Shown: positions 7,303-14,669 of the stretch, in pieces
How positions within the stretch are numbered: the stretch's first letter is position 1
How the letters are laid out: each line of letters starts with the position of its first letter
Source of the DNA: Candidatus Methylomirabilis sp.
GTDB lineage: Bacteria; Methylomirabilota; Methylomirabilia; Methylomirabilales; Methylomirabilaceae
NCBI GenBank assembly: GCA_041498975.1
Contig: JBGQJI010000030.1
Location: forward strand, 1-24,375
Length of the DNA stretch: 24,375 nucleotides
Direction: 5' to 3'
The notes under the pieces: generated by a model
Database searches by the model: none
The model's input: the letters and a program-made list of their open reading frames with translations, nothing else
What the model was told of the DNA's origin: nothing
Program-made: the position numbers and the translations under genes

Positions 7303-9180
7303 TTGAATACCCTAACGCCACAACTTGAAATGCCGGTCATGGGAAAGAACAACATCAGCCGGACCTGGAACCTCTTCTTGGCGGTTGGATTCGTCGCATT
7401 AGTCAGCCCGGCCAATGCCGATTCGCTTGACGCCTATCCCCTGGCGGCAGTGGTCGGCCAGGTGCGCGAGAAGCTCGCCGCGACGAGCGTCAAGCCAACC
7501 GGCTTGAGCCGTGAAGACTACCTGGCTGTGGTCGGTGGCATCGTCAATTTCTTCAAGCGGTTTCAGGAGAGCGATGGACGGATCATCGACCCATTTGCCA
7601 GGAAAGAAGTGCAGTATAGCACGCCGTGTTACGCATGGGCCGCGACCGCGCTCATTGTTAGCGGCAAGCAGACCAACCTCCTGGACAGCGCCGCTTCAGC
7701 GCTGGACTCCGCGCTGCAGCAACTCGCCGAGGCGAAAGCTGCCGATCAACACGGCAACTTTTTCACGTTTCCCGCCATGCTGGCTTACGAGCATTTGCGC
7801 GACCGTGTCCCGAAGGAGCGACGAAACCGTTGGGAAGAATTGTTGCGGGCGATTGACCCGTACCGCGCCTATAAAGGCTATCTGAACCTTCACAACTGGA
7901 ACGTGGTGGCGCTGGCAGGGGAATTTCTGCGCCAGCAAAACAACTTCACTGACCCCGCCTTCGTCAATAGGTACCTGAAACTCCAGTTGCCTAAGTTCAC
8001 TTCGGAAGGGCTCTATCGGGACCCGAATGTGCCGATGGTCTATGACCATTTTCCGCGTCACTTCCTGGCCGCCATCCTGCATCGCGGCTACGAGGGAGAA
8101 TATCGGGAGGAATTGACTGAGTTGTTAGAGCGCGCCGCCTGGACTTCACTATTGATGCAATCACCCATCGGCGAATTGCCCGCTGGCGGGCGCAGTGCTC
8201 AGCATCAATGGAACGAGGCGCAACAGAGTGTCACATACGAAATCTGGGCGACGCGCAAGCAGCGTGAGGGCGACACTGTCGCGGCACAAGCGCACAAGCG
8301 CGCTGCGCACCTGGCCTTGCAATCGATCCGAAGATGGATCCGGCCCTCGGGTGAGTTGTGGATCGTCAAGAACCGCTTTGATCCGGCGGCGCGCCATGGC
8401 TATGAGCGCTATTCTTTTCACTCGCAGTACAATTTGCTTGCGGCGAGCATGCTGGCGAGCGCATGGCTCTTTTCCGACGACGCCATCGCCGAAGGCCCAA
8501 GTCCCGCTGAAGTCGGTGGCTTTGTAATGCAACTGCCCGAATTTCACAAAGTCATCGCGAATGCAAGCGGCTTGTATCTGGAATTGGATACCGCAGCGGA
8601 CCCGGAGTACAACAGCACCGGACTGATTCGCGTTCATCGAACCGGCGTGGAGGCGCTCGTTGGGCCAACAGACGGCAGCGCGATCAAGGATGGGCCGTTG
8701 GCGGTTGGAATTGCCTGGCGTGAAGGGGAACAATGGCAATCATTGGCTGGCTTGGGACAGGGAGAAGTCAGGGAAGCGCGCCTGACCGTGCAGGACGCAA
8801 CGCCGCAGAGTGTTCGGTTTTCGGTTCGCTACGAACTCAACCGGCCGACCGTGAAGGCCGTCGTTGAACACTACGAACTGACTCCCACGCAGGTCCGCGT
8901 CACCACAGAAGTGGAAGGTGAAGTGGAACAAATACAGGTCAGGTTTCCGGCATTGGCGTTTGATGGCCAGCGAGCCAGCCGCATCCTTGTGGACGGCGCC
9001 CGTGCCATCGTGCAGTTGGGCCACAGCCGGCAGGTATTCGCAGTGGAATCGCCCGGCGCCGTGAAGCTGCGTCGCGCAAGCGGGTGGATTCCCTGTCGCA
9101 ACGGTTACCTGGAAGCGATTGAAGGAAAAGTTACAGGCAAGCGAGTGATCTATACGTTAAAGGCGTATAATACCATTTGA
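7303..9180 (+). CDS. secreted hypothetical protein, probable alpha-toroid plus beta-sandwich carbohydrate-active enzyme
   Basis: 625-aa ORF. AAGGAGG lies 7 nt before the TTG. Signal-like LFLAVGFVALVSPANA, a helical aromatic-rich N-terminal two-thirds and a beta-rich C-terminus. The function is inferred only. Confidence 0.6.
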   Translation: MNTLTPQLEMPVMGKNNISRTWNLFLAVGFVALVSPANADSLDAYPLAAVVGQVREKLAATSVKPTGLSREDYLAVVGGIVNFFKRFQESDGRIIDPFARKEVQYSTPCYAWAATALIVSGKQTNLLDSAASALDSALQQLAEAKAADQHGNFFTFPAMLAYEHLRDRVPKERRNRWEELLRAIDPYRAYKGYLNLHNWNVVALAGEFLRQQNNFTDPAFVNRYLKLQLPKFTSEGLYRDPNVPMVYDHFPRHFLAAILHRGYEGEYREELTELLERAAWTSLLMQSPIGELPAGGRSAQHQWNEAQQSVTYEIWATRKQREGDTVAAQAHKRAAHLALQSIRRWIRPSGELWIVKNRFDPAARHGYERYSFHSQYNLLAASMLASAWLFSDDAIAEGPSPAEVGGFVMQLPEFHKVIANASGLYLELDTAADPEYNSTGLIRVHRTGVEALVGPTDGSAIKDGPLAVGIAWREGEQWQSLAGLGQGEVREARLTVQDATPQSVRFSVRYELNRPTVKAVVEHYELTPTQVRVTTEVEGEVEQIQVRFPALAFDGQRASRILVDGARAIVQLGHSRQVFAVESPGAVKLRRASGWIPCRNGYLEAIEGKVTGKRVIYTLKAYNTI

Positions 9181-9335
9181 ACGATGTTGGGCTAGTCTTG
9201 GGCGACTCCAGCAGGCCAGACTCTCGCAGGAAACCATCATCAACAAGATTGGGATCCCCGGAAGCACCGGACGCAATGCCTTAATGTGTTTGCTGTCCCT
9301 ACGGGTAGGGCAGGGCAGAGGAAGGCAGCTTTATT

Positions 9336-9716
9336 ATGAAGGGTTGGATCTGTGCGCTTCTGATTCTGGCGACTCTCATCTCCTCCTGCGCGCGACCCTA
9401 CCGCCCCGTGATCGACCCGGCGATGATTCGCGACCAGGCTAAGTACGAGCGCGACCTCGCAGAGTGTGGGGCCCTGGCAAGTGAGCAGGGTCGATCAGAG
9501 CGGGTGGGAACCGGAGCCGTGGGCGGCGGCCTGTGGGGCGCAATCGTTGGAACCTTGCTCGGGTGGATCGGCGGCCGGCCTGGTACAGGGGCCGCCGCTG
9601 GGGCTGTCGTGGGGGCCGCGACCGGAGCCGCGAGCGGCGCGGGGGCGGCCTCGCAAGACTACGAAACCATCTACCGTAATTGCATGATCGCTCGGGGCTG
9701 GCCGGTCTTGCAATAG
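9336..9716 (+). CDS. glycine-zipper lipoprotein
   Basis: Lipobox-like LISSC, GxxxG zipper (GAVGGGLWGAIVG...GAAAGAVVGAATG), and a paired DLAEC / YRNCM..RG Cys pattern. Confidence 0.85.
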   Translation: MKGWICALLILATLISSCARPYRPVIDPAMIRDQAKYERDLAECGALASEQGRSERVGTGAVGGGLWGAIVGTLLGWIGGRPGTGAAAGAVVGAATGAASGAGAASQDYETIYRNCMIARGWPVLQ

Positions 9717-9742
9717 GCGACCGGACAGAGTCTGCCGGTCGC
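9717..9742 (+). terminator. GC-rich stem-loop directly after the lipoprotein stop codon
   Basis: GCGACCGG-ACAGAGTCTG-CCGGTCGC. There is no U-tract, so it may be a stabilising hairpin rather than an intrinsic terminator. Confidence 0.45.
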
Positions 9743-9892
9743 TGAGGGTGAGTGAAATCTCGCGGAGAGCTGCTTTCGACGGTCTTGGGTCCCCGATGGT
9801 TTAAAGCAGCGGTACAAGGGGCGAGGGGAGGGTGCCAGATAGTAGAAGAGGCACCGAGGCAAGGGGAGGTTTCTACAGGAGGAGGGAACACC

Positions 9893-10237
9893 ATGAAAAA
9901 GGCGTTGTCCTCGGTAGCGGTTACGTTGCTCTTGGCGCTGCAGATGGGCGCCACAGCCTATGCCGAGATCCACAAGTCAACCGGGAAGGTAGTGAAGATA
10001 AACCCGGCCCAGGGGACCCTTGAACTGGTGGACAAAGGCCGTCACCTCAAGCTGGTGATGGGGAAAGGCGCCACACTCTTTGATGAAGAAGGGCAGCCCC
10101 TGAAAGGGCTGAAGGGCATTCAAGTCGGGGATGTCGTCAGCGAGGAGTGCAAGATTCAGACGGATGGACCCTCCATCGCCACAAAGATCAAGGTCATCCA
10201 GCGGGGCTGGCAGACGGAGGGAACCCCAGAAAAATAA
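9893..10237 (+). CDS. small exported beta-barrel protein (DUF5666/CusF-like OB fold)
   Basis: AGGAGGAGG RBS before ATG 9893 and signal peptide MKKALSSVAVTLLLALQMGATAYA. Pattern GKVVKIN...TLEL...IQVGDVV...ATKIKV. Confidence 0.7.
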   Translation: MKKALSSVAVTLLLALQMGATAYAEIHKSTGKVVKINPAQGTLELVDKGRHLKLVMGKGATLFDEEGQPLKGLKGIQVGDVVSEECKIQTDGPSIATKIKVIQRGWQTEGTPEK

Positions 10238-10336
10238 CCAACACCGGTCATTATCGGTGCGCCGCCATTCGACGGGTTCCGAGACTATCCCCTTTGCCTG
10301 ATGCGACTCCACCAGCAGCGGGAGGGGTCGTTTTGC

Positions 10337-10508
10337 CAATGCCGTTCCAACTTCTTGCGGCTGATCGCCGACAGGAGCCCTGCTAAGAACTATCGTTTTC
10401 CCTCGTGCCGCTCCAATTTGTTCGGACCAATGACAAGGCGTTGCGACCGCCGATCCAGATGCCTGCGGGTCATTGTTACGGTAGGCGGATAACGTTGGAA
10501 CGGCACTA
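10337..10508 (-). mobile_element. 172-bp MITE-like element, family B (TIR TAGTGCCGTTCCAAC), copy 1
   Basis: Ends CAATGCCGTTCCAAC and GTTGGAACGGCACTA. The reverse complement aligns without gaps to 17831-18002 (29 mismatches in 172 nt, manual count). Extra TIR copies at 10403-10417 and 10532-10546. Confidence 0.85.
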
Positions 10509-10543
10509 GCCTCACCATTTTGGCGTAAATTGTTGGGACGGCA

Positions 10544-10964
10544 CTAGTGGCCGGCGACGGTCATGCGGCGGATCTTGATGGTCGGTCCGACGACGCTGTT
10601 GCGGAAGGTCAGGTCGTTGCCGATCATTTCGATCCCGAGCAGCATCTCCTTGAGTCTGCCCGCCACGGTGATCTCTTCTACCGGATAAGTCACCTCTCCT
10701 TTGTCGATCCAGAGTCCCAACGCCCCTCGGGTGTAATCGCTTGTGACTAATACGAACGCACAAAGTTATGCGTCGTCGCGAGCGAGCGATGTGACCGAAG
10801 CGATCTTAGGCGCGGCGAGATTGCCGCGCTCCTTTCAGCCGCTCGCAATGACGATGTAACAGAATCCAGCGCATTCGTAGTAGGTCCACGCTGGGGCCGA
10901 TCAGCTCGGTGACGTAGAGACCCTCCTCCACCGACTGGATGATCTCCGCGCGTTCGTGCGCTCC
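10544..10964 (-). pseudogene. pmbA: orphan duplicate of the 3' 288 bp of pmbA, interrupted by a MITE
   Basis: Removing 10750-10882 restores GAHERAEIIQSVEEGLYVTELIGPSVDLVTSDYTRGALGLWIDKG...RRMTVAGH*, colinear with 11723-12010 (79/95 aa identical). Confidence 0.95.
10750..10880. mobile_element. 131-bp MITE, family A, with TA target duplication and REP-like palindrome cargo
   Basis: TA at 10748-49 and 10881-82. Imperfect TIRs ATACGAACGCAC / GCGCATTCGTAG. Internal GTCGTCGCGAG...GAAGCGATCT...GAGATTGC...CTCGCAATGAC. Confidence 0.9.
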
Positions 10965-10967
10965 CTG

Positions 10968-11234
10968 TCAGCCATACGTCCGCTCATCACGCTTGCGCAC
11001 TGCTTCAATCCGTACCTCCTTGGCTTTGTCATCCACGGTGTAAAGGACCCGGTAGTCGCCTATCCGAATGCGGTAGCCCTCCCGCCCGGTGAGTTTTTTC
11101 GTCCCTGGCGAGTGTGGGTTTTCCCGAAGGCCGTGGATCGCCGCCACGATACGAAGATACGTTTCATCGTCCAGGCCATCCAGTTCTTTGCGGGCAGAGC
11201 GGCTGCGGAAGCGGACCCTGTAGACCTCAGTCAC
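10968..11234 (-). CDS. relE: type II toxin, RelE/ParE family
   Basis: 88 aa; YRVRFRSRSARKELDGLD...LRENP...KKLTGREGYRIRIGDYRVLYTVDD...IEAVRKR. The start overlaps the antitoxin stop (GTGACTGA). Confidence 0.92.
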   Translation of the reverse strand: MTEVYRVRFRSRSARKELDGLDDETYLRIVAAIHGLRENPHSPGTKKLTGREGYRIRIGDYRVLYTVDDKAKEVRIEAVRKRDERTYG

Positions 11235-11511
11235 CGACTGCTCTCTTTCGCAGCCCGCTCTTTTTCAGCCGCTCGCGGTGATAAGTGTCAAAGTTGGCCA
11301 AAGGCTCGCGGCGGCGCGCCTGGATGATCTTCCAGTCGGGGTCTTCGGGTAGCACTTCCTCAAGAGCGATCCGGCGGGGCTGCTGGAGAGCAGCCGCCAG
11401 GAGGCGGTTCACAATCCAGCTCATGCTCCGGTCCCGCCCCTCGGCTTCCGCTCTCAGGGCTTCTGCCACCTCAGCATCTAAGACCACACTGACGGTTTGT
11501 TTCTTTCCCAT
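11227..11511 (-). CDS. ribbon-helix-helix antitoxin (CopG-like)
   Basis: KQTVSVVLDAEVAEALRAEAEGRDRSMSWIVNRLL RHH pattern. AAGGAGG RBS before ATG 11511. Lies directly upstream of the toxin. Confidence 0.85.
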   Translation of the reverse strand: MGKKQTVSVVLDAEVAEALRAEAEGRDRSMSWIVNRLLAAALQQPRRIALEEVLPEDPDWKIIQARRREPLANFDTYHRERLKKSGLRKRAVGD

Positions 11512-11533
11512 GCCGTTTCTCCTCCTTATTATG

Positions 11534-11562
11534 AGAATAGATGGACTTCCAAGATAAAACAA
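11534..11562 (-). promoter_or_regulatory. sigma70-type promoter of the TA operon
   Basis: TTGTTT (11562-11557) - 17 nt - TATTCT (11539-11534) in an AT-rich patch just upstream of the RBS. Confidence 0.55.
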
Positions 11563-11634
11563 GAGGAATCACGAATGCCTCCCTGACCCGGGAGACCGTA
11601 GGGGGAAAGCAGATCGAGGGATCGGATTCTGCTA

Positions 11635-11723
11635 ATACGGTAGGATGTAATTGAGAGATGAGGTTGCCGCGCGCCCGTTGGGCGCTCGCAATGACGATAG
11701 GGACTAAAGCGGTGCGTTTGGGT
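11635..11723. mobile_element. degenerate family A MITE inserted at the pmbA stop codon
   Basis: TA|ATACG left end and GGTGCGTTTGGGT|TA right end, with internal GTAATTGAGAG...CTCGCAATGAC. Removal regenerates CTAGTGGCC, as in the orphan pmbA copy. Confidence 0.7.
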
Positions 11724-13066
11724 TAGTGGCCGGCGATGGTCATGCGGCGAATTTTGATTGTCGGGGCGACGACGCTGTTGCGGAAGGTCAGGTCGTTGCC
11801 GATCATTTCGATCCCGAGCAGCATCTCCTTCAGGTTGCCGGCCACGGTGATTTCCTCCACCGGATAGGTCAGCACTCCTTTGTCGATCCAGAACCCCACG
11901 GCGCCCCGGGAGTAATCGCCTGTGACGAGGTTCACACCGGGGCCGATCAGCTCGGTGACGTAGAGCCCCTCTTCTACCGACCGGATGATGTCGGCCGGAT
12001 CGTGCGGGCCGGCTCGCAGGAAGAAGTTGGTCGGCCCGACGGTCGGGACATCGCCAATGCCCCGCACCGCGCTGCCGGTCGGGGCGAGCTTGAGCTTCCT
12101 GGCGGAGTAGGTGTCGAGAAGGTAGTTGCGCAGGACGCCGTTTTCGACGATGGCGTTCCGGCGAGTCGGCAGCCCTTCGCCATCGAACGGCTTTGAACCC
12201 AAATGTCGCGGGATGGTCCCGTCATCGTACACGGAGACGATCTCTGCGGCGATCCGATCCCCCAGCCTGTCGATCAGGAAGGATGCCCCGCGATAGAGCG
12301 AGGGGCCGGAAGCCGCGGAGCAAAGGGTCCGCATGAGGCTGCCGGCCGTCTCGGGATCGAACACCACGGGGACCTCCTGGGTCTTGACTTTTGCCCCGCC
12401 GAGGCGCCTGATCGCGCGCTCGGCCGCCTGCCTCCCGATCGCTTCAGGGGATTCCAGGTCTTTCAGGTGGCGGGTGAACGAGTACCAGTAATCGCGCTGC
12501 ATCGCTCCGTCCGAGAAGGCGATCGGCGTCACGGCCAGGCTGAAGGTCGAGCCGCGGTATTCACCCAGGAAGCCTTGGCTGCTTGCGTAGATGATCCGGT
12601 AGAGGTTGCTTGCGAACTCCGCCCCCTCTGAGTTGGTAATCCTGCTGTCGTAGGCCAGCGCTGCAGCCTCGGCTTCCTTTGCGCGATCGATCCGCTCCTT
12701 GACTGTGAGGACCTCGCCCTCCGCGTCGTACAGGTCAAGCTCGGGGAAGCCCTTGGCAAGTTCCTCTCCAGAGGGCAGACCCGAGAAGCCATCGTGGGCG
12801 GTCGCCTTCGCGAGGACGGCGGTATCCTCCACCAATCGAGTGAGCGACTCTTTGGAGAGGTCCGAGGTGGAGCTGGTGGCCGACCGCCTGCCGAAGAACA
12901 GGCGCAGCCCGAGCCCGACCTCCTTGGCGCTGCGGATGGTCTCTACCTCGCCGAACCTGACCTGCACTGTGACCAACTCGTTCTGCACCAGGGCCAGATC
13001 GGCTTCCGTGGCGCCTTTCCGCGTGGCTTCCTCTAAGACCTGTTCAGCGATCTTCTGGCTGATCAT
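11723..13066 (-). CDS. pmbA: PmbA/TldE metallopeptidase subunit
   Basis: 447 aa; ITNSEGA, MQRDYWY, FDGEGLPT, TGDYSRGAVGFWI, YPVEEITVAGNLKEM. ATGA overlap with the tldD stop. Confidence 0.96.
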   Translation of the reverse strand: MISQKIAEQVLEEATRKGATEADLALVQNELVTVQVRFGEVETIRSAKEVGLGLRLFFGRRSATSSTSDLSKESLTRLVEDTAVLAKATAHDGFSGLPSGEELAKGFPELDLYDAEGEVLTVKERIDRAKEAEAAALAYDSRITNSEGAEFASNLYRIIYASSQGFLGEYRGSTFSLAVTPIAFSDGAMQRDYWYSFTRHLKDLESPEAIGRQAAERAIRRLGGAKVKTQEVPVVFDPETAGSLMRTLCSAASGPSLYRGASFLIDRLGDRIAAEIVSVYDDGTIPRHLGSKPFDGEGLPTRRNAIVENGVLRNYLLDTYSARKLKLAPTGSAVRGIGDVPTVGPTNFFLRAGPHDPADIIRSVEEGLYVTELIGPGVNLVTGDYSRGAVGFWIDKGVLTYPVEEITVAGNLKEMLLGIEMIGNDLTFRNSVVAPTIKIRRMTIAGH

Positions 13067-14538
13067 TGGAGGAAGCCCTCCGCCTTGGGCAGGCTCTGTG
13101 TGCCGCCCACGGTAAGCCTCTCGACCTTGATGGTCGGCAGGCCCACTCCGACCGGGACCATCTGACCGTCCTTGCCGCAGGTTCCGATCCCCTCGTCCAG
13201 CTTCAGGTCGTTTCCCACCATGCTCACTCGGGTGAGGACCTCCGGGCCGTGCCCGATGAGCGTCGCGCCCTTGACCGGCCGGGTGATCTTTCCGTTCTCG
13301 ATCAGGTAGGCCTCGCTTGCCGAGAAGACGAACTTGCCGCTGGTGATGTCCACCTGGCCGCCGCCGAAGGTCACGGCGTACAGTCCTCGCTTGACGGACG
13401 CGATGATCTCCTGCGGCGTCGAATCGCCAGGGAGCATGAAGGTATTGGTCATGCGGGGCATCGGCTGATAGGCGTAGCTCTCGCGTCGGCCGTTGCCGGT
13501 GGGCTGCATCCCCATCAGGCGCGCATTCAGCCTGTCCTGCATGTAGCCTCGCAGGATCCCGCGCTCGATTAGGATGGTGCGCCCGGTGGGCGTCCCCTCG
13601 TCGTCCATGTTGAGCGAGCCGCGGCGCAGAGGTATCGTCCCGTCGTCCACGACGGTGACGAGCTCAGAGGCGACGCGCTGCCCGATCCGGTCGGTGAAGG
13701 CCGAGGTTTTCTTCCGGTTGAAATCACCCTCGAGGCCGTGGCCGATCGCCTCGTGCAATAGGACTCCTGGCCACCCCGGGCCGAGGACCACGTCCATGGT
13801 CCCGGCCGGGGCATCGGCTGCGCTGAGGTTGACGATGGCTAGGCGGGCCGCCTCCTTTGCATACCGCTCGAACCGGTCCTCTTCCAGGAAGAACTCAAAC
13901 CCGCCTCGGCCGCCCCCGCCGCATGTCCCCACTTGGCGGTTATCACCCTCCTGCGCGATGCAGGTGATGTTCAGGCGGGAGAGCGGCTGGATATCGCCGA
14001 TCATGACGCCGGCAGAGGTCGCGACCAGGACGATCTTGTACTCGGTGGCGAACGAACCCATCACCTGGGCGATCCGGGGATCTACCTTCCTGGCGACGGC
14101 ATCGATGCGCTGGAGCAGATCGATCTTGCTCTCCACCGGGATCTCGATCGGTGGGATGCGGATCGGATAGAGATCGTGGGGAGGCTTGGCCCCGACTCTG
14201 ACCGGCGGAGGGTTCCCGGCGCCCGCCCGCTCGGCGATCTCTTTCGCCCGGGAACCGGCCAGCTCGAGGTTCTCCACGCTGATTTCGTCGGAGAAGGCGT
14301 ATCCTGTCTTCTCGGCGGCCAGAGCCCGGACTCCCGCCCCCTGGCTGATGTTTTTCGATGCCCGTTTGATCATCCCCTCCTCAAGCGAGATGGCTTCGCT
14401 GATCCGGTACTCGAAGTAGAGGTCGGCATAATCGATCTGCTTGCCGAGGGCCGCGCCAAGCCCACGTTCAAGGTGCCGCTCCGTCAGCCCGAATTTTTCC
14501 AGGAAGAACCGCTCCGGTTTCACCAGTTGTGTCGTCAT
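13063..14538 (-). CDS. tldD: TldD metallopeptidase subunit
   Basis: LGPGWPGVLLHEAIGHGLEGDFNRK, GNGRRESYAYQPMPRMTNT, GTCGKDGQMVPVGVGLPT. Confidence 0.97.
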   Translation of the reverse strand: MTTQLVKPERFFLEKFGLTERHLERGLGAALGKQIDYADLYFEYRISEAISLEEGMIKRASKNISQGAGVRALAAEKTGYAFSDEISVENLELAGSRAKEIAERAGAGNPPPVRVGAKPPHDLYPIRIPPIEIPVESKIDLLQRIDAVARKVDPRIAQVMGSFATEYKIVLVATSAGVMIGDIQPLSRLNITCIAQEGDNRQVGTCGGGGRGGFEFFLEEDRFERYAKEAARLAIVNLSAADAPAGTMDVVLGPGWPGVLLHEAIGHGLEGDFNRKKTSAFTDRIGQRVASELVTVVDDGTIPLRRGSLNMDDEGTPTGRTILIERGILRGYMQDRLNARLMGMQPTGNGRRESYAYQPMPRMTNTFMLPGDSTPQEIIASVKRGLYAVTFGGGQVDITSGKFVFSASEAYLIENGKITRPVKGATLIGHGPEVLTRVSMVGNDLKLDEGIGTCGKDGQMVPVGVGLPTIKVERLTVGGTQSLPKAEGFLQ

Positions 14539-14557
14539 CTATTTCCTCGCTCTCTTC

Positions 14558-14632
14558 CAAGCGCTCGGCGCTCAGCTTTCGACTTGCTGATGGCTGAACG
14601 CTGATAGCTGAAAGCTACTGATGCTGATTGCT
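14558..14632. repeat. heptamer tandem repeats in inverted arrangement (GCGCTCR / GCTGANN)
   Basis: GCGCTCG GCGCTCA GCTTTCG followed by GCTGATG GCTGAAC GCTGATA GCTGAAA, in the tldD-mutY divergent region. Confidence 0.75.
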
Positions 14633-14633
14633 A

Positions 14634-14662
14634 TTGAAATCGATCCTGCATCGCACTACACT
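14634..14662 (+). promoter_or_regulatory. sigma70-type promoter for mutY-mutT (probably a leaderless transcript)
   Basis: TTGAAA - 17 nt - TACACT, ending 7 nt before ATG 14670. Confidence 0.65.
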
Positions 14663-14669
14663 ACGGCCG

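Noticed and set aside
9222..9320. Partial resemblance to a c-di-GMP-I riboswitch (CAGGAAACCAT...GGACGCAATGCC) with a downstream hairpin before the lipoprotein RBS
   Set aside because: It lacks the GNRA loop and receptor and has the wrong spacing. An Infernal hit to the Rfam c-di-GMP-I model would be needed.
10337..10546. CRISPR-like mini-array of GTTGGAACGGCAC repeats
   Set aside because: The repeats are only 15 nt and occur in both orientations, the spacers recur at 17831-18002, and there are no cas genes. MITE ends explain it better.
11723..14538. tldD/pmbA as part of a RiPP (microcin-type) cluster
   Set aside because: No precursor peptide, YcaO, radical SAM or exporter is nearby, so it looks like the standard housekeeping pair.
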